A DNA stretch of 64,000 nucleotides. Origin: Acidobacteriota bacterium. GTDB lineage: Bacteria; Acidobacteriota; UBA4820; DSQY01. The translations under genes were made by a program, and so were the position numbers. The notes under the pieces are model-generated. The model searched no databases. It saw only the letters and a program-made list of their open reading frames with translations, and was not told the DNA's origin. Positions within the stretch are counted from its first letter, which is position 1, and each line of letters starts with the position of its first letter. Location of the stretch: NCBI GenBank assembly GCA_049591295.1, contig JBAWEQ010000130.1, positions 17,138 to 81,137 on the forward strand, in the 5' to 3' direction. Shown piece after piece: positions 47,412 to 60,262 of the stretch.

Positions 47412-47867
47412 TTAGGGCCGTCTTTCGGCGAAGAAGCGCCGGAGCAACAGGCGGGACTCCTCCTTGCACAATCCGGAAGCCACGGGAAAGCGGTGGGGGT
47501 ATCGCCCCTGGCGCCAGAACTCCTGAATCGCGGAGACGCCCCCGAATCGTGGTTCGGGACAGGCGTAGACCAGGCCCCCGATGCGGGCGTGCACCATGGC
47601 GCCAAGGCACATGACGCAGGGCTCCAGGGTCACGTAAAGGGTGCACGACCCCAGGCCGCGGCGGCCCAGGGCGGCTAGCCCTGACTGGATGGCTTCCAAC
47701 TCGGCATGGTCCAGGGGGCCGATCGACTCGCAGCGGTTTCGGCCGGTGAAGATGGCCCCTTTAGGGGACAGGAGGGCCGCCCCCACGGGCACCTCCCCCT
47801 CGCGGGCGGCTCGATCGGCGAGGCCGAGCGCCAATCTCATGCACTCCTCGGGCGTGGGAAGGGACAT
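47412..47867 (-). CDS. tadA: tRNA adenosine(34) deaminase
   Basis: From ATG 47867: MSLPTPEECMRLALGLADRAAREGEVPVGA. Zinc motifs HAELEAI and PCVMCLGA. The 32 upstream codons in the ORF track are rejected. Confidence 0.92.
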   Translation of the reverse strand: MSLPTPEECMRLALGLADRAAREGEVPVGAALLSPKGAIFTGRNRCESIGPLDHAELEAIQSGLAALGRRGLGSCTLYVTLEPCVMCLGAMVHARIGGLVYACPEPRFGGVSAIQEFWRQGRYPHRFPVASGLCKEESRLLLRRFFAERRP

Positions 47868-47982
47868 GGCGCTCCTCCAGTCTTGGGCCCAGGGTAGGCC
47901 CCGAGCCTCCACGAGCGCAACGGGGGCCCTCCAAACCGCAAAATGTTGAGGTGGTCTCCCCAAAGTGCGTTTCCTTAGGGGG

Positions 47983-48011
47983 TTGACAGCATTGGGGAAG
48001 TCCGGTATGCT
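47983..48011 (+). promoter_or_regulatory. Sigma70-type promoter of the str (rpsL) operon
   Basis: TTGACA (47983-47988), 17-nt spacer, TATGCT (48006-48011). About 60 nt upstream of the rpsL GTG. Confidence 0.5.
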
Positions 48012-48073
48012 ATCCCGGCTTTTCCCCCTCGGGGAAGGCCCTCGTGCAAGGCAAACGCACTAAGGAGGATGTT

Positions 48074-48448
48074 GTGCCGACCATCAATCAACTCGTGCGC
48101 AGGGGGCGCAAGGCGGTTCAGTACAAGACCAAGAGCCCTGCCCTTCAAGCGAATCCTCAGAAGCGCGGCGTGTGCACTCGCGTGTACACCACGACGCCCA
48201 AGAAACCCAACTCCGCCCTCCGGAAGGTGGCGCGCGTGCGCCTCACCAGCGGGATGGAGGTGACCACCTACATCCCCGGCGTCGGGCACAACCTCCAGGA
48301 GCACTCGGTGGTCCTCATCCGCGGCGGCCGCGTGAAGGATCTGCCGGGCGTGCGGTACCACATCATCCGCGGCAAGCTGGATACGACGGGCGTGGAGGCC
48401 AGGCGCCAGGCCCGCTCAAAGTACGGAGCGAAGCGGCCGAAGTCGTAA
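48074..48448 (+). CDS. rpsL: 30S ribosomal protein S12
   Basis: GTG 48074 (TAAGGAGG SD) gives [13 protein letters not shown]...[16 protein letters not shown]. Confidence 0.97.
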   Translation: MPTINQLVRRGRKAVQYKTKSPALQANPQKRGVCTRVYTTTPKKPNSALRKVARVRLTSGMEVTTYIPGVGHNLQEHSVVLIRGGRVKDLPGVRYHIIRGKLDTTGVEARRQARSKYGAKRPKS

Positions 48449-48494
48449 GAGTTCCCTCGCCACCCGGGCCCCCAGGGGGGCCGTTGCTCTTTGA

Positions 48495-48989
<495 letters not shown>

Positions 48990-48998
48990 GGAGAAGGC

Positions 48999-51083
48999 GT
49001 GGCCCGTTCCGTCCCGTACGAACGACAAAGAAACATCGGCATCATGGCCCATATTGATGCCGGCAAGACCACCACGACCGAGCGGGTGCTCTACTACACG
49101 GGCGTGAACTACAAGATGGGCGAGGTCCATGAGGGCACGGCCACCATGGACTGGATGGTGCAGGAGCAGGAGCGGGGCATCACCATCACCTCCGCGGCCA
49201 CCACCTGCTTTTGGCGGGATCACCGCATCAACATCATCGATACGCCCGGGCACGTGGATTTCACGGCCGAGGTGGAGCGTTCCCTTCGCGTGCTCGACGG
49301 GGCCGTAGGTGTCTTCTGCGGCGTGGCGGGGGTGGAGCCTCAGTCCGAAACGGTGTGGCGCCAGGCCGACAAGTACAAGGTGCCGCGCATCGCCTTCGTG
49401 AACAAAATGGACCGGCAGGGCGCCGACTTCGAGCGCGCGCTCAAGATGATGGACGAGCGCCTGCACGCCCGCCCCGTGGCACTTTTCCTTCCGTGGGGCT
49501 CGGAAGACTCCCTGGTGGGCGTCATCGACCTCCTCCAGATGAAGGCGATCCGCTGGGAGGACGACACTCTCGGTGCGAAGTACGAGGTGACCGAGATCCC
49601 CGGTGAGTATGTGGAGAAGGCCAAGGCCTTCCGCGAGAAGCTCCTGGAGATGGCGTGCGAGGAAGACGACGTTCTCATGCAGCGCTACCTGGACGGGAAA
49701 GAGCTGGATGACGTGGACGCCGTCAAGGCCGCCATCCGCAAGGGCGCCATCGCCATGCACTTCACGCCGGTACTGTGCGGCTCCGCCTTCAAGAACAAGG
49801 GCATCCAGCCGCTCCTCGACGCCGTGGTGGACTATCTCCCCTCGCCCGTCGAGGTTCCTCCCGTGAAGGGCATCAACCCCGACACGGACGAGGTGGAGGA
49901 GCGGAAGCAGCTTGACGAACAGCCCTTCTGCGCCCTCGTCTTCAAGATCATGACCGATCCCTTCGTAGGACAGCTGGCGTTCACGCGGGTCTATTCCGGC
50001 ACCCTGCGGGCCGGCTCCTACGTCTGGAACGTGACGAAGAAGCGCCAGGAGCGCGTGGGCCGGCTCCTGAAGATGCACGCCAACAAGCGGGAGGAGATCG
50101 AGGAGGTGCGCGCCGGGGACATCGCCGCCATCGTGGGCCTGAAGGACGCGGTGACGGGCGAAACGCTGGCCACGAAGGATCACCCCATCATCCTGGAGTC
50201 CATGGATTTTCCCGCCCCCGTCATCTCCGTGGCCATCGAGCCCAAGACCAAGGCGGACCAGGAGAAGCTCTCCGCCGCCCTGGTCAAGCTCGCCAAGGAA
50301 GACCCCACTTTCAAGGTCCGGGTGGATTTCGACACCGGCCAGACCCTTATCTCGGGCATGGGCGAGTTGCACCTGGAGATCATCGTGGACCGCCTCACGC
50401 GGGAATTCGGGGTCCAGGCCTCGGTGGGCAAACCGCAGGTGGCCTACCGTGAAACGCTGACCAAGGAGGCCAAGGCCGAGGGCAAGTACATCAAGCAAAC
50501 CGGCGGCCACGGCCAGTACGGCCACGTGAAGATCACCGTCGCGCCGCTCGGCGAGGGGGACGGCTTCGTATTCGAGAACGCCATTACCGGCGGCACCATC
50601 CCCAGGGAGTACATCCCGGCGGTGGAGAAGGGCATCGCGGAGGCGATGGAGACCGGCGTCCTGGCCGGGTTCCCCGTCAAGGACGTGAAGGTCTCCCTCT
50701 ACGACGGCTCCTACCACGAGGTGGACTCTTCCGAGATGGCCTTCAAGATCGCCGGGTCCATGGCCTTCAAGGAGGCCGCGCGCTCGGCCTCGCCGGCGCT
50801 GATGGAGCCGGTGATGAAGGTGGAGGTGACGGTCCCGGAAAACTACATGGGTGACGTGATCGGTGATCTCAATTCCAGGCGCGGGAAGATCCACGGGATG
50901 GAATCGCGCGCCAACCTCCAGGTCATCACCGCCTACGTTCCGCTCTCGGAAATGTTCGGTTATGCGACCTCGCTGCGCTCCCTCACGCAGGGCCGCGGCA
51001 ATTACGTGATGCAGTTCGAGCACTACGAAACCACGCCGAAGCAGATCTCGGACGAGATTGTCGCCCGCGTGCAGGGCCGTTAG
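48999..51083 (+). CDS. fusA: Elongation factor G
   Basis: 694 aa. [29 protein letters not shown]. Confidence 0.98.
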   Translation: MARSVPYERQRNIGIMAHIDAGKTTTTERVLYYTGVNYKMGEVHEGTATMDWMVQEQERGITITSAATTCFWRDHRINIIDTPGHVDFTAEVERSLRVLDGAVGVFCGVAGVEPQSETVWRQADKYKVPRIAFVNKMDRQGADFERALKMMDERLHARPVALFLPWGSEDSLVGVIDLLQMKAIRWEDDTLGAKYEVTEIPGEYVEKAKAFREKLLEMACEEDDVLMQRYLDGKELDDVDAVKAAIRKGAIAMHFTPVLCGSAFKNKGIQPLLDAVVDYLPSPVEVPPVKGINPDTDEVEERKQLDEQPFCALVFKIMTDPFVGQLAFTRVYSGTLRAGSYVWNVTKKRQERVGRLLKMHANKREEIEEVRAGDIAAIVGLKDAVTGETLATKDHPIILESMDFPAPVISVAIEPKTKADQEKLSAALVKLAKEDPTFKVRVDFDTGQTLISGMGELHLEIIVDRLTREFGVQASVGKPQVAYRETLTKEAKAEGKYIKQTGGHGQYGHVKITVAPLGEGDGFVFENAITGGTIPREYIPAVEKGIAEAMETGVLAGFPVKDVKVSLYDGSYHEVDSSEMAFKIAGSMAFKEAARSASPALMEPVMKVEVTVPENYMGDVIGDLNSRRGKIHGMESRANLQVITAYVPLSEMFGYATSLRSLTQGRGNYVMQFEHYETTPKQISDEIVARVQGR

Positions 51084-51098
51084 TCAAGGAGGCTGAGG

Positions 51099-52307
<1,209 letters not shown>

Positions 52308-52313
52308 GAGCTC

Positions 52314-52631
52314 ATGCTGAACGAAAAGATCCGGATACGCCTTTTGGCTTACGACTACTGGATCCTGGACCGCTCCACCAAGGAGATCGTGGAGACGGCC
52401 AAGAGGACCGGTGCGAGGGTGAAGGGGCCGATCCCCCTGCCTACGGACCGAACCATTTGGACCGTCAACCGGTCCCCCCACGTGGACAAGAAGTCCAGGG
52501 AACAGTTCGAGATGCGCACCCACAAGCGGCTGTTGGACATCTACGACCCCACGCCGCAGACCGTGGACGCGCTCATGAAGCTGAACCTGCCGCCCGGGGT
52601 GGATGTGGAGATCAAGGCCTTCACGAAGTGA
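52314..52631 (+). CDS. rpsJ: 30S ribosomal protein S10
   Basis: [14 protein letters not shown]...[21 protein letters not shown]. Confidence 0.97.
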   Translation: MLNEKIRIRLLAYDYWILDRSTKEIVETAKRTGARVKGPIPLPTDRTIWTVNRSPHVDKKSREQFEMRTHKRLLDIYDPTPQTVDALMKLNLPPGVDVEIKAFTK

Positions 52632-52710
52632 CACTGGCCCCCGGATCCCCGCCGAACTGTGGGCGGGGCGGGCACGTCGCCCTCGGGCGACCTCTGCTTG
52701 AGGAGAGATC

Positions 52711-53334
52711 ATGAAGATCGGAATCTTGGGACGCAAGGTTGGCATGACGCAGATCTTCGACGAGACCAGGGCGGTGGTGCCCGTGACCGTCGTGGCTGCC
52801 GGCCCCTGCGTCGTGCTTCAGAAGAAGTCCCCCAGCACCGACGGTTATCACGCGGTGCAGGTCGGGCTCGTGGAGAAGGTGGGCCGGCGGGCCATCACCA
52901 AGCCCCAGGCGGGGCACCTGAAGAAGGCCGGAGCGGGCTCCGTCCGGGCCATCCGCGAGTTGCGGGGAGAATTCCCAGACCTGGTTCCCGGCAATACCAT
53001 CACCGTGGATCTCTTCAAGGACATCCAGGTGGTGGAGGTGATAGGGACCAGCAAGGGCAAGGGCTTCCAGGGCGTGGTCAGGCGCCACCACTTCCGCGGC
53101 GGCCGGGCCACGCACGGCTCCATGTTCCATCGCGCTCCGGGCTCCATCGGCGCCTCTTCGGACCCCTCCAGGGTCTTCAAGGGCACCAAGATGGGTGGGC
53201 AGATGGGCAACGGCCGGGTGACCGTCAAGAACCTCAGGCTCGTCCAGGTGGACGCGGAGCGGGGCCTGCTGCTGATCCGCGGCGCCGTGCCCGGTCCCAG
53301 GGGCGGGCTCCTGACGATCCACGGTATACGGTGA
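52711..53334 (+). CDS. rplC: 50S ribosomal protein L3
   Basis: ILGRKVGMTQIFDE...GKGFQGVVRRHHF.GG.ATHGS. Confidence 0.97.
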   Translation: MKIGILGRKVGMTQIFDETRAVVPVTVVAAGPCVVLQKKSPSTDGYHAVQVGLVEKVGRRAITKPQAGHLKKAGAGSVRAIRELRGEFPDLVPGNTITVDLFKDIQVVEVIGTSKGKGFQGVVRRHHFRGGRATHGSMFHRAPGSIGASSDPSRVFKGTKMGGQMGNGRVTVKNLRLVQVDAERGLLLIRGAVPGPRGGLLTIHGIR

Positions 53335-53345
53335 GGGGTTGAGCG

Positions 53346-53975
53346 ATGGCTAACATTCCAGTGATCAGCGCATCCAATGAAGTGAGCAGGGAGCTCAACC
53401 TGCCCGAGGAGGTCTTCGCGACCCCCTACCGCCGAGACCTCATCTACGAGGCGGTGCGGAACTTCCTCGCCAACCAGCGCCTGGGGACCCACTCCACCAA
53501 GCGGCGCGACGAGGTCTCGGGCTCGGGCAAGAAGCTGTGGAAGCAGAAGCACACGGGGCGGGCCCGCATGGGCGAGATCCGTTCCCCGCTCTGGTACCAC
53601 GGCGGCATCGTCTTCGGCCCCAAGCCGCGCGACTACTCTTACTCGATCCCGAAGAAGATCCGCCGCGGCGCCATGCGCAGCCTCCTGTCCGAGCGGATCC
53701 GCCGGGGGATGCTGGCGGTGATGGACGGCTTCACCGTGGAGAGCCACCGCACGAAGGAGTTCCTGTCCCGCTACGCTCCCATCCTGGACGCCCACAAGAC
53801 GGTGCTGTTCGTGGACTCGGCCGTCTCCGAGCCGCTCCGGCTGGCCAGCAGGAACGTTCCGGGCGTCAAGGTGACGGGCGTGGACGAGGTGAACATCTAC
53901 GACCTCGCTCGCTACGAGATGGTCGTCTTCACAGAGCCGGCGCTCGCGCGCCTCTCGGAGGTTCTCAAGCCATGA
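53346..53975 (+). CDS. rplD: 50S ribosomal protein L4
   Basis: 209 aa. GSGKKLWKQKHTGRARMGEIRSPLWYHGG. Confidence 0.96.
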   Translation: MANIPVISASNEVSRELNLPEEVFATPYRRDLIYEAVRNFLANQRLGTHSTKRRDEVSGSGKKLWKQKHTGRARMGEIRSPLWYHGGIVFGPKPRDYSYSIPKKIRRGAMRSLLSERIRRGMLAVMDGFTVESHRTKEFLSRYAPILDAHKTVLFVDSAVSEPLRLASRNVPGVKVTGVDEVNIYDLARYEMVVFTEPALARLSEVLKP

Positions 53976-54265
53976 GGAGCCCCCACAGCATCATCATTCG
54001 CCCGCTCCTGACGGAAAAGAACCTCATCGCCAAGGAGCGCGCGCAGACGGTCGCTTTCCAGGTCGATCCGAAGGCCAACAAGATCGAGATCGCCTACGCC
54101 GTGGAGAAGATCTTCGGCACCAAGGTGGAGACCGTGCGGGTCGTGAACGTCCTTGGGAAGAACAAGAGGGTCGGCCGGTCCGAGGGGAAGCGCCCCGACT
54201 GGAAGAAGGCCTACGTGAAGCTCGCCAAGGGCGCCAAGCCCATCGAGTACTTCGAGGGAGTGTAA
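53972..54265 (+). CDS. rplW: 50S ribosomal protein L23
   Basis: ATG 53972 overlaps the rplD stop (ATGA). [12 protein letters not shown]...KKAYVKL. 97 aa. Confidence 0.95.
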   Translation: MRSPHSIIIRPLLTEKNLIAKERAQTVAFQVDPKANKIEIAYAVEKIFGTKVETVRVVNVLGKNKRVGRSEGKRPDWKKAYVKLAKGAKPIEYFEGV

Positions 54266-54275
54266 GGGGACATCC

Positions 54276-55097
54276 ATGGGCATCAAGACCTATAAACCGG
54301 TAACCCCCAGCCGCCGCTACATCACCACTTCGACCTTCGAAGAGGTGACCAAGACCGAGCCCGAAAAGCGGCTTTTGGAGAAGAAGACCCGGACGAGCTG
54401 CCGCAACGCCCACGGCCACATCACCGTGCGCCGGCGGGGCGGCGGCCACAAGCGCCGGTACCGCATCATCGACTTCAAGCGCGGCAAGCGCGGGATCCCG
54501 GCCAAGGTGGCCGCGGTGGAGTACGACCCCAACCGGACCTGCCGCATCGCGCTGCTGAATTACGCCGACGGCGAGAAGCGCTACATCCTCTGCCCCGAAG
54601 GACTGCAGGTGGGCCAGACGATCATGGCGGGCGAGGAGGCCGAAGTGGTGGTGGGCAACGCGCTTCCCCTCCGCAAGATCCCCGTCGGCACCATGATCCA
54701 CAACATCGAGCTCCACGAGGGAGGCGGCGGCCAGATGGCGCGGGCGGCGGGAGCCGCGGCCCAGTTGATGGCCAAGGAGGGCCGCCTGGCCACCCTTCGC
54801 ATGCCCTCGGGCGAGATGCGCTACGTCAGCGTCAACTGCTACGCCACCGTGGGACAGGTCGGCAACCTGGATCACCAGAACATCAGCCTGGGGAAGGCCG
54901 GACGCAACCGCTGGCTCGGCCGAAGGCCGAAGGTCCGCGGCACGGCCATGAACCCGGTGGACCACCCCCACGGCGGCGGCGAGGGCAAGGCCAAGGGCGG
55001 GCGCCATCCGGTGACCCCCTGGGGCGTCCCCACCAAGGGCTACAAGACCCGCCGGAACAAGCGGACGGCCCGGTTTATCGTCAAGAGGAGAGCCTAG
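54276..55097 (+). CDS. rplB: 50S ribosomal protein L2
   Basis: 273 aa. [36 protein letters not shown]. Confidence 0.98.
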   Translation: MGIKTYKPVTPSRRYITTSTFEEVTKTEPEKRLLEKKTRTSCRNAHGHITVRRRGGGHKRRYRIIDFKRGKRGIPAKVAAVEYDPNRTCRIALLNYADGEKRYILCPEGLQVGQTIMAGEEAEVVVGNALPLRKIPVGTMIHNIELHEGGGGQMARAAGAAAQLMAKEGRLATLRMPSGEMRYVSVNCYATVGQVGNLDHQNISLGKAGRNRWLGRRPKVRGTAMNPVDHPHGGGEGKAKGGRHPVTPWGVPTKGYKTRRNKRTARFIVKRRA

Positions 55098-55098
55098 A

Positions 55099-55380
55099 AT
55101 GTCGCGGTCCCTGAAGAAAGGCCCCTTCGTGGACGACCACCTGATGCGCAAGGTGGACGCCCTGAACGCCTCGGGCAAGAAGAGCGTCATCAAGACGTGG
55201 AGCCGCCGTTCGATGATCGTGCCGGCCATGCTGAACCACACCATCGCGGTCCACAACGGGAAGAAGTTCGTGCCGGTATACGTCACGGAAAACATGATTG
55301 GTAACCGGCTCGGCGAGTTTGCCCCCACGCGCACTTTCCGGGGGCACTCGGGAGACAGGAAAAAGGGAGAGGTCAAGTAA
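55099..55380 (+). CDS. rpsS: 30S ribosomal protein S19
   Basis: [15 protein letters not shown]...[20 protein letters not shown]. Confidence 0.97.
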   Translation: MSRSLKKGPFVDDHLMRKVDALNASGKKSVIKTWSRRSMIVPAMLNHTIAVHNGKKFVPVYVTENMIGNRLGEFAPTRTFRGHSGDRKKGEVK

Positions 55381-55390
55381 GGTGGCCGCC

Positions 55391-55738
55391 ATGATCGTAA
55401 AAGCCGTCGCCAAATACGTGGACAGCTCGCCCCAGAAGGCCCGCCTCGTGGCGGACATGATCCGGGGCCGTTCTGTCGGGGATGCGTTGGCCATCCTGCG
55501 CTTCACCAAGAAGCGCGCCGCCCGGCACCTGCAGAAGCTCCTCAAGGCGGCCGTGGCCAATGCCGAGAGCCTGCCGAACCTGCAGGTGGACGTGGACAAT
55601 CTGGTGGTGTCGACGATCTTTGTGGACGGCGCCTCGCTGAAGTTTCGGAAGCGGACCCTGCCCGCCCCCATGGGCCGGGCCTACCGCTTCGTGAAGCGCC
55701 AGAGTCACATCACCATCGGTTTGGACGAGAAGAAGTAG
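55391..55738 (+). CDS. rplV: 50S ribosomal protein L22
   Basis: ATG 55391: MIVKAVAKYVDSSPQKARLVADMIRGRSV..A...L.F. GTG 55382 is an alternative start. Confidence 0.95.
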   Translation: MIVKAVAKYVDSSPQKARLVADMIRGRSVGDALAILRFTKKRAARHLQKLLKAAVANAESLPNLQVDVDNLVVSTIFVDGASLKFRKRTLPAPMGRAYRFVKRQSHITIGLDEKK

Positions 55739-55856
55739 CAGCGGTCAGGACTGAGGAGTGAGCACTGAGGACCGAGCCAGGCAGGCTGTGAGGGGAAGCG
55801 GGAGTGATACCGCGCCTCAGTTCTCGGCACTCGGCACTGGACTTTGGAGGTGAGCT

Positions 55857-56486
55857 TTGGGTCAGAAAGTTAACCCCGTAGGCTTCCGGGTAGGATTCAA
55901 CAAGGACTGGGAGTCCCGCTGGTTCGCGAAGAAGGATTACAAGTCCCTGCTCCACGAGGATCTCAAGCTCCGGAAGGAGCTCCTGGGGCGCCTGCGGCAC
56001 GCCGGGGTATCCCGCGTCGATCTGGAGCGGGCCGGCAAGAAGCTCACCATCACGGTGTTCACCAGCCGCCCCGGCATCATCATCGGGAAGAAGGGCGCGG
56101 AAGTGGACCGTCTCAAGGAAGAGATCCAGCGCCGCCTCGGCCGCGAGGTCTACATCAAGATCGAGGAGATCCACCGGCCTGAGATCGAATCCCAGCTGGT
56201 GGCCGAATCCATCGCCCTCCAGCTGAACAAGCGCGTGGCCTTCCGCCGGGCCATGAAGCGGGCCATCGAGATGGCCGGCAAGTTCGGGGCGCTCGGCATC
56301 AAAATCCGCGTGGCCGGCCGCCTGAACGGGGCCGAAATCGCCCGGTCCGAGTGGTATCTTGAAGGGCGCCTGCCGTTGCAGACGCTGCGCAGCGACATCG
56401 ACTACGGCTTCGCCGAGGCCAGGACCACCTACGGGGTCATCGGCGTCAAGGTGTGGATCTACAAGGGCCAGAAGGTCGGCAAATAA
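55857..56486 (+). CDS. rpsC: 30S ribosomal protein S3
   Basis: TTG start with a GGAGG SD. (M)[25 protein letters not shown] domain. Confidence 0.96.
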   Translation: MGQKVNPVGFRVGFNKDWESRWFAKKDYKSLLHEDLKLRKELLGRLRHAGVSRVDLERAGKKLTITVFTSRPGIIIGKKGAEVDRLKEEIQRRLGREVYIKIEEIHRPEIESQLVAESIALQLNKRVAFRRAMKRAIEMAGKFGALGIKIRVAGRLNGAEIARSEWYLEGRLPLQTLRSDIDYGFAEARTTYGVIGVKVWIYKGQKVGK

Positions 56487-56504
56487 GCCGCCGGGAGCAG
56501 CACC

Positions 56505-56930
56505 ATGTTGATGCCAAAGAAGGTCAAGTACAGGAAACAGATGAAGGGGCGCCGCGCCGGAGTGGCCACCCGCGGGAGTCACGTGGACTTCGGCGATTAC
56601 GGCCTGATGGCCCTGGAATGCGCGTGGATCACGAACCGGCAGATCGAGGCGAGCCGCGTCGCCATCAACCGCTCCATCAAGAGGGGTGGCAAGCTCTGGA
56701 TCCGCATCTTCCCGGACAAGCCCTACACCAAGAAGCCCCTTGAAACCCGCATGGGCAAGGGAAAGGGCAATCTGGAGGGATGGGTGGCGGTGGTCAAGCC
56801 GGGCCGCGTCCTCTTCGAGCTGGAGGGGGTGACCCTGGACATCGCCCAGGAGGCCTTCCGTCTCGCGGCCCACAAGCTTCCCATCAAGACCCGGTTCGTG
56901 GCCCGGAAGGACCAGGAGTTCTCGCTATGA
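56505..56930 (+). CDS. rplP: 50S ribosomal protein L16
   Basis: [16 protein letters not shown]... Confidence 0.97.
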   Translation: MLMPKKVKYRKQMKGRRAGVATRGSHVDFGDYGLMALECAWITNRQIEASRVAINRSIKRGGKLWIRIFPDKPYTKKPLETRMGKGKGNLEGWVAVVKPGRVLFELEGVTLDIAQEAFRLAAHKLPIKTRFVARKDQEFSL

Positions 56931-57151
56931 TGAAGCCACAGGACCTCAAGAGACCGGCCAAGATCCGCGACCTGGGGGTGGATGAGCTCAGGCGCGAAGA
57001 GCAGGAGATCACGGAGCACCTCATGAAGCTCCGCTTCCAGCTGGCGTCCGGCCAGATCGAGAATCCGCAGCTGATCCGCGCTTACCGGCACGGCCTGGCA
57101 CGGGTGAAGACAGTCTTGGCCGAGAAGCAGCGGGCGGCCCAGGGGAGTTGA
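56927..57151 (+). CDS. rpmC: 50S ribosomal protein L29
   Basis: ATG 56927 overlaps the rplP stop (ATGA). ...[32 protein letters not shown]. 74 aa. Confidence 0.93.
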   Translation: MMKPQDLKRPAKIRDLGVDELRREEQEITEHLMKLRFQLASGQIENPQLIRAYRHGLARVKTVLAEKQRAAQGS

Positions 57152-57153
57152 GC

Positions 57154-57426
57154 ATGGACGCGAATGCCACGAAGGAGACCCGCCACCACGCCACCAAGGT
57201 GGGGCTGGTGGTGTCGGACAAGATGGACAAGACGGTGGTCGTGCAGGTGGAACGCCGCATCTTCCATCCCGCCTACAAGAAGGTGGTCAAGCGGACCAAT
57301 CGCTTCAAGGCGCACGACGAGAAGAACCAGTGCGGGGTGGGGGACACGGTCCTCATCGTGGAGACCCGCCCACTGAGCCGGGACAAGCACTGGGCCGTTA
57401 AGGAAGTCCTGGAGAAAGCCCGCTGA
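57154..57426 (+). CDS. rpsQ: 30S ribosomal protein S17
   Basis: ...[45 protein letters not shown] 57154 preferred; TTG 57148 is the ORF-track start. Confidence 0.94.
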   Translation: MDANATKETRHHATKVGLVVSDKMDKTVVVQVERRIFHPAYKKVVKRTNRFKAHDEKNQCGVGDTVLIVETRPLSRDKHWAVKEVLEKAR

Positions 57427-57445
57427 TCGGCCTTAGGAGACAGCC

Positions 57446-57817
57446 ATGATCCAGATGGGGACCATCCTGCAGGTAGCGGACAATTCCGGGGCCAAGAAGC
57501 TCTTCTGCATCCACATGAAGGGGGGCTCCACGACCGGGCGCTACGCCGGCCTCGGCGACATCATCACGTGCTCCGTCAAGGAGGCGGCGCCCCAGGGCAA
57601 CATCAAGAAGGGGAAGGTGGTGAAGGCCGTCGTCGTGCGCACCGTCAAAGAGACGCGGCGCCGGGACGGCTCCTACATCCGTTTCGATAACAACGCGGCC
57701 GTGCTGGTGGACGACAAGGGCGAGCCCATCGGTACCCGCGTCTTTGGACCTGTCGCACGGGAGCTCAGGGAGAAGCGGTTCATGAAGATCGTTTCCCTGG
57801 CCCCCGAGGTGATCTGA
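57446..57817 (+). CDS. rplN: 50S ribosomal protein L14
   Basis: [18 protein letters not shown]... Confidence 0.98.
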   Translation: MIQMGTILQVADNSGAKKLFCIHMKGGSTTGRYAGLGDIITCSVKEAAPQGNIKKGKVVKAVVVRTVKETRRRDGSYIRFDNNAAVLVDDKGEPIGTRVFGPVARELREKRFMKIVSLAPEVI

Positions 57818-57829
57818 GAGGGGCGCGCC

Positions 57830-58147
57830 GTGGGCAACCGGATTAAGAAGAACGACCAAGTCTTGATTCTCTCCGGCAGGGAGAAGGGCAAGCGCGGGCG
57901 CGTGCTGAGCGTGGACCCGGGCAAGGCCATCGCCGTGGTGGAGAACGTCAATTTCGTGAAGCGGCACACCAAGGCCAACCCGCAAAAGAATATCAAGGGA
58001 GGCATCCTGGAGAAGGAGGCGTCGCTTCCCGTCTCCAAGCTCATGGGCATCTGCAAGGAGTGCCAGGAGCCCACCCGCTTCTCCTTCCAGACCCGCGAGG
58101 GCAGGAAGATGCGCGTCTGCAAGAAGTGCGACGCCGCGCAGGACTAA
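57830..58147 (+). CDS. rplX: 50S ribosomal protein L24
   Basis: [21 protein letters not shown] motif. The C-terminus carries CKEC...CKKC (Cys4 zinc-ribbon-type variant). Confidence 0.95.
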   Translation: MGNRIKKNDQVLILSGREKGKRGRVLSVDPGKAIAVVENVNFVKRHTKANPQKNIKGGILEKEASLPVSKLMGICKECQEPTRFSFQTREGRKMRVCKKCDAAQD

Positions 58148-58157
58148 GGGGACAGTC

Positions 58158-58706
58158 ATGAATAAGCAGCCGCGTCTCAGAGAGTTCTACGGGAAGGAGG
58201 TCCTGCCGAGAATGCAGCAGGAGTTCCAGTATCCCAACGTCATGGCCGTTCCCAAGCTCACGAAGGTCACCATCAATATGGGCATGGGCGAGGCCAAGAG
58301 CGAAATCAAGCTGCTGGACGAGGCGGTGGAGACGCTCACCACCCTCTCCGGCCAGAGGGCGGCCGTCCGGCGGGCCCGCAAATCGATCTCGAACTTCAAG
58401 CTGCGCCAGGGCCAGCCCATCGGCGCCATGGTCACCCTCCGCGGCGACCGCATGTACGAGTTCCTGGACCGGCTCATCTCCCTGGCCATCCCCCGGATGC
58501 GCGACTTCAGGGGGCTGTCGGACCGCTCCTTCGACGGGCACGGCAACTACACCCTCGGAGTGAAGGATCAGCTGATCTTTCCCGAGGTGGAATATAACAA
58601 GATCACGAAGGCCATGGGTATGAACATCACGATCGGCACCACGGCCAAAACGGACCCCGAAGCGAAGGCCCTCCTTCGGCATTTCGGGATGCCATTCCGC
58701 AAGTAG
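58158..58706 (+). CDS. rplE: 50S ribosomal protein L5
   Basis: [30 protein letters not shown]... Confidence 0.97.
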   Translation: MNKQPRLREFYGKEVLPRMQQEFQYPNVMAVPKLTKVTINMGMGEAKSEIKLLDEAVETLTTLSGQRAAVRRARKSISNFKLRQGQPIGAMVTLRGDRMYEFLDRLISLAIPRMRDFRGLSDRSFDGHGNYTLGVKDQLIFPEVEYNKITKAMGMNITIGTTAKTDPEAKALLRHFGMPFRK

Positions 58707-58716
58707 GAGACCAAGG

Positions 58717-58902
58717 ATGGCCAGCATTCGCATGTTCGCCAAGATGGAAAAGAAACCCAAGTTCGCCGTTCGCTACCGCAACCGCTGCCGGCGCTGCGGA
58801 AGGCCCCGCGGGTACTACCGCAAGTTCGCCCTCTGCCGGTGCTGTCTGCGCCAGCTTGCGCTGGCGGGCCAGCTTCCGGGCGTGACCAAGGCGTCGTGGT
58901 GA
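58717..58902 (+). CDS. rpsN: 30S ribosomal protein S14, type Z (zinc-binding)
   Basis: 61 aa. [20 protein letters not shown] (Cys4), ending ..PGVTKASW. Confidence 0.96.
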   Translation: MASIRMFAKMEKKPKFAVRYRNRCRRCGRPRGYYRKFALCRCCLRQLALAGQLPGVTKASW

Positions 58903-58911
58903 GGTGACGCG

Positions 58912-59310
58912 ATGACGATGACCGATCCCATCGCCGATTTCCTGACCCGCATCCGCAACGGACTCTCCAGCCGCAAGGCCTACGTGGAGATGCCCTCCTC
59001 CAACCTCAAGGTGGAGGTGGCCAAGCTCCTCAAGGAAGAGGGCTACGTTCTGAACTTCAAGGTGACCGAAGACGCGAAGCAGGGGATCCTGCGGGTGGAC
59101 CTCAAGTACACCAACGAGGGACGCCCCGTGATCGCCGGCATCGAGCGGGCCTCCCGCCCGGGCCGCCGCCTATACATGCGGCGGGATGACGTAAAACCTG
59201 TCCTGGGAGGGCTGGGGATCTCCATCCTGAGCACCTCCCATGGCGTCCTGACGGACAAGACCGCCCGCCGTGAAGGCGTGGGCGGCGAGCTCCTGTGCAG
59301 GGTCTGGTAG
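58912..59310 (+). CDS. rpsH: 30S ribosomal protein S8
   Basis: [17 protein letters not shown]... Confidence 0.97.
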   Translation: MTMTDPIADFLTRIRNGLSSRKAYVEMPSSNLKVEVAKLLKEEGYVLNFKVTEDAKQGILRVDLKYTNEGRPVIAGIERASRPGRRLYMRRDDVKPVLGGLGISILSTSHGVLTDKTARREGVGGELLCRVW

Positions 59311-59319
59311 GAGGGGAGC

Positions 59320-59856
59320 ATGTCGCGCGTCGGAAGAATGCCCATCCCCGTCCCTGACAAGGTTCAGGTGGTCATCGGCGAGGACCACGTGGAGGTGAAG
59401 GGCCCCAAGGGGCTCCTCCGCACGCCGGTTCTCCCGGGCATCTCCTGCGCCCTGGAGGGCAAGGAACTGCGGATCAATCGCGCGGACGACACGCAGTCGT
59501 GCCGGGCCTTCCATGGCCTGACCCGCGCCCTTCTGGCCAATGCCGTTCACGGGGTCACGCAGGGATACAAGAAGGAGCTGGACATCGTGGGGGTGGGCTA
59601 CAAGGCCAACGTGGAGGGCCGCAAGGCGGTCTTCAACCTGGGCTATTCGCATCCCATCGAATTTCCCATCCCCGAGGGGATCGAGATCGCGGTGGAGAAA
59701 TCCACTCACGTGGTGGTGACCGGAGCCGACCGCCAGTCGGTAGGCCAGGTAGCCGCCCAGATCCGAGCCATGAAGAAGCCCGAACCGTACAAGGGCAAGG
59801 GCGTCATGTACACGGGTGAAAAGATCATCCGCAAGGCCGGCAAGGCCGCGAAGTAA
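59320..59856 (+). CDS. rplF: 50S ribosomal protein L6
   Basis: [17 protein letters not shown]....V.VKGPKG. Confidence 0.97.
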   Translation: MSRVGRMPIPVPDKVQVVIGEDHVEVKGPKGLLRTPVLPGISCALEGKELRINRADDTQSCRAFHGLTRALLANAVHGVTQGYKKELDIVGVGYKANVEGRKAVFNLGYSHPIEFPIPEGIEIAVEKSTHVVVTGADRQSVGQVAAQIRAMKKPEPYKGKGVMYTGEKIIRKAGKAAK

Positions 59857-59874
59857 AGGCACGGGGAAGAAGCC

Positions 59875-60252
59875 ATGTCGAAATGGACGCATGCGGACCG
59901 CAGTGAGAAGAGAGCGTGGCGAAAGCTCCGCATCCGGAAACGGATGGAGGGCACGCCGGAGAAGCCCCGGCTCTGCGTCTTCAAGAGCACCCGCTACATT
60001 TACGTGCAGGCCGTGGACGACACCACCGGGGCGACGGTAGCGGCCGCTTCCTCCCTCGAGCCCGAGCTGAAGGCCAAGCTGAAGACCTCCGGGAAACACC
60101 TCTCGGTGGCCGAGCAGCTCGGCCAGATGGTCTCGGAGCGCCTGAAGGCCAAGGGCATCGAGGCCGTCGTGTTCGACCGCAGCGGCTACATTTTCCACGG
60201 ACGGATCAAGGCCGTCGCCGAGGGCGCCCGCAAGGGCGGTCTCCAGTTCTAG
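59875..60252 (+). CDS. rplR: 50S ribosomal protein L18
   Basis: ...[18 protein letters not shown]...[24 protein letters not shown]. Confidence 0.96.
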   Translation: MSKWTHADRSEKRAWRKLRIRKRMEGTPEKPRLCVFKSTRYIYVQAVDDTTGATVAAASSLEPELKAKLKTSGKHLSVAEQLGQMVSERLKAKGIEAVVFDRSGYIFHGRIKAVAEGARKGGLQF

Positions 60253-60262
60253 GAGCGCGGGC

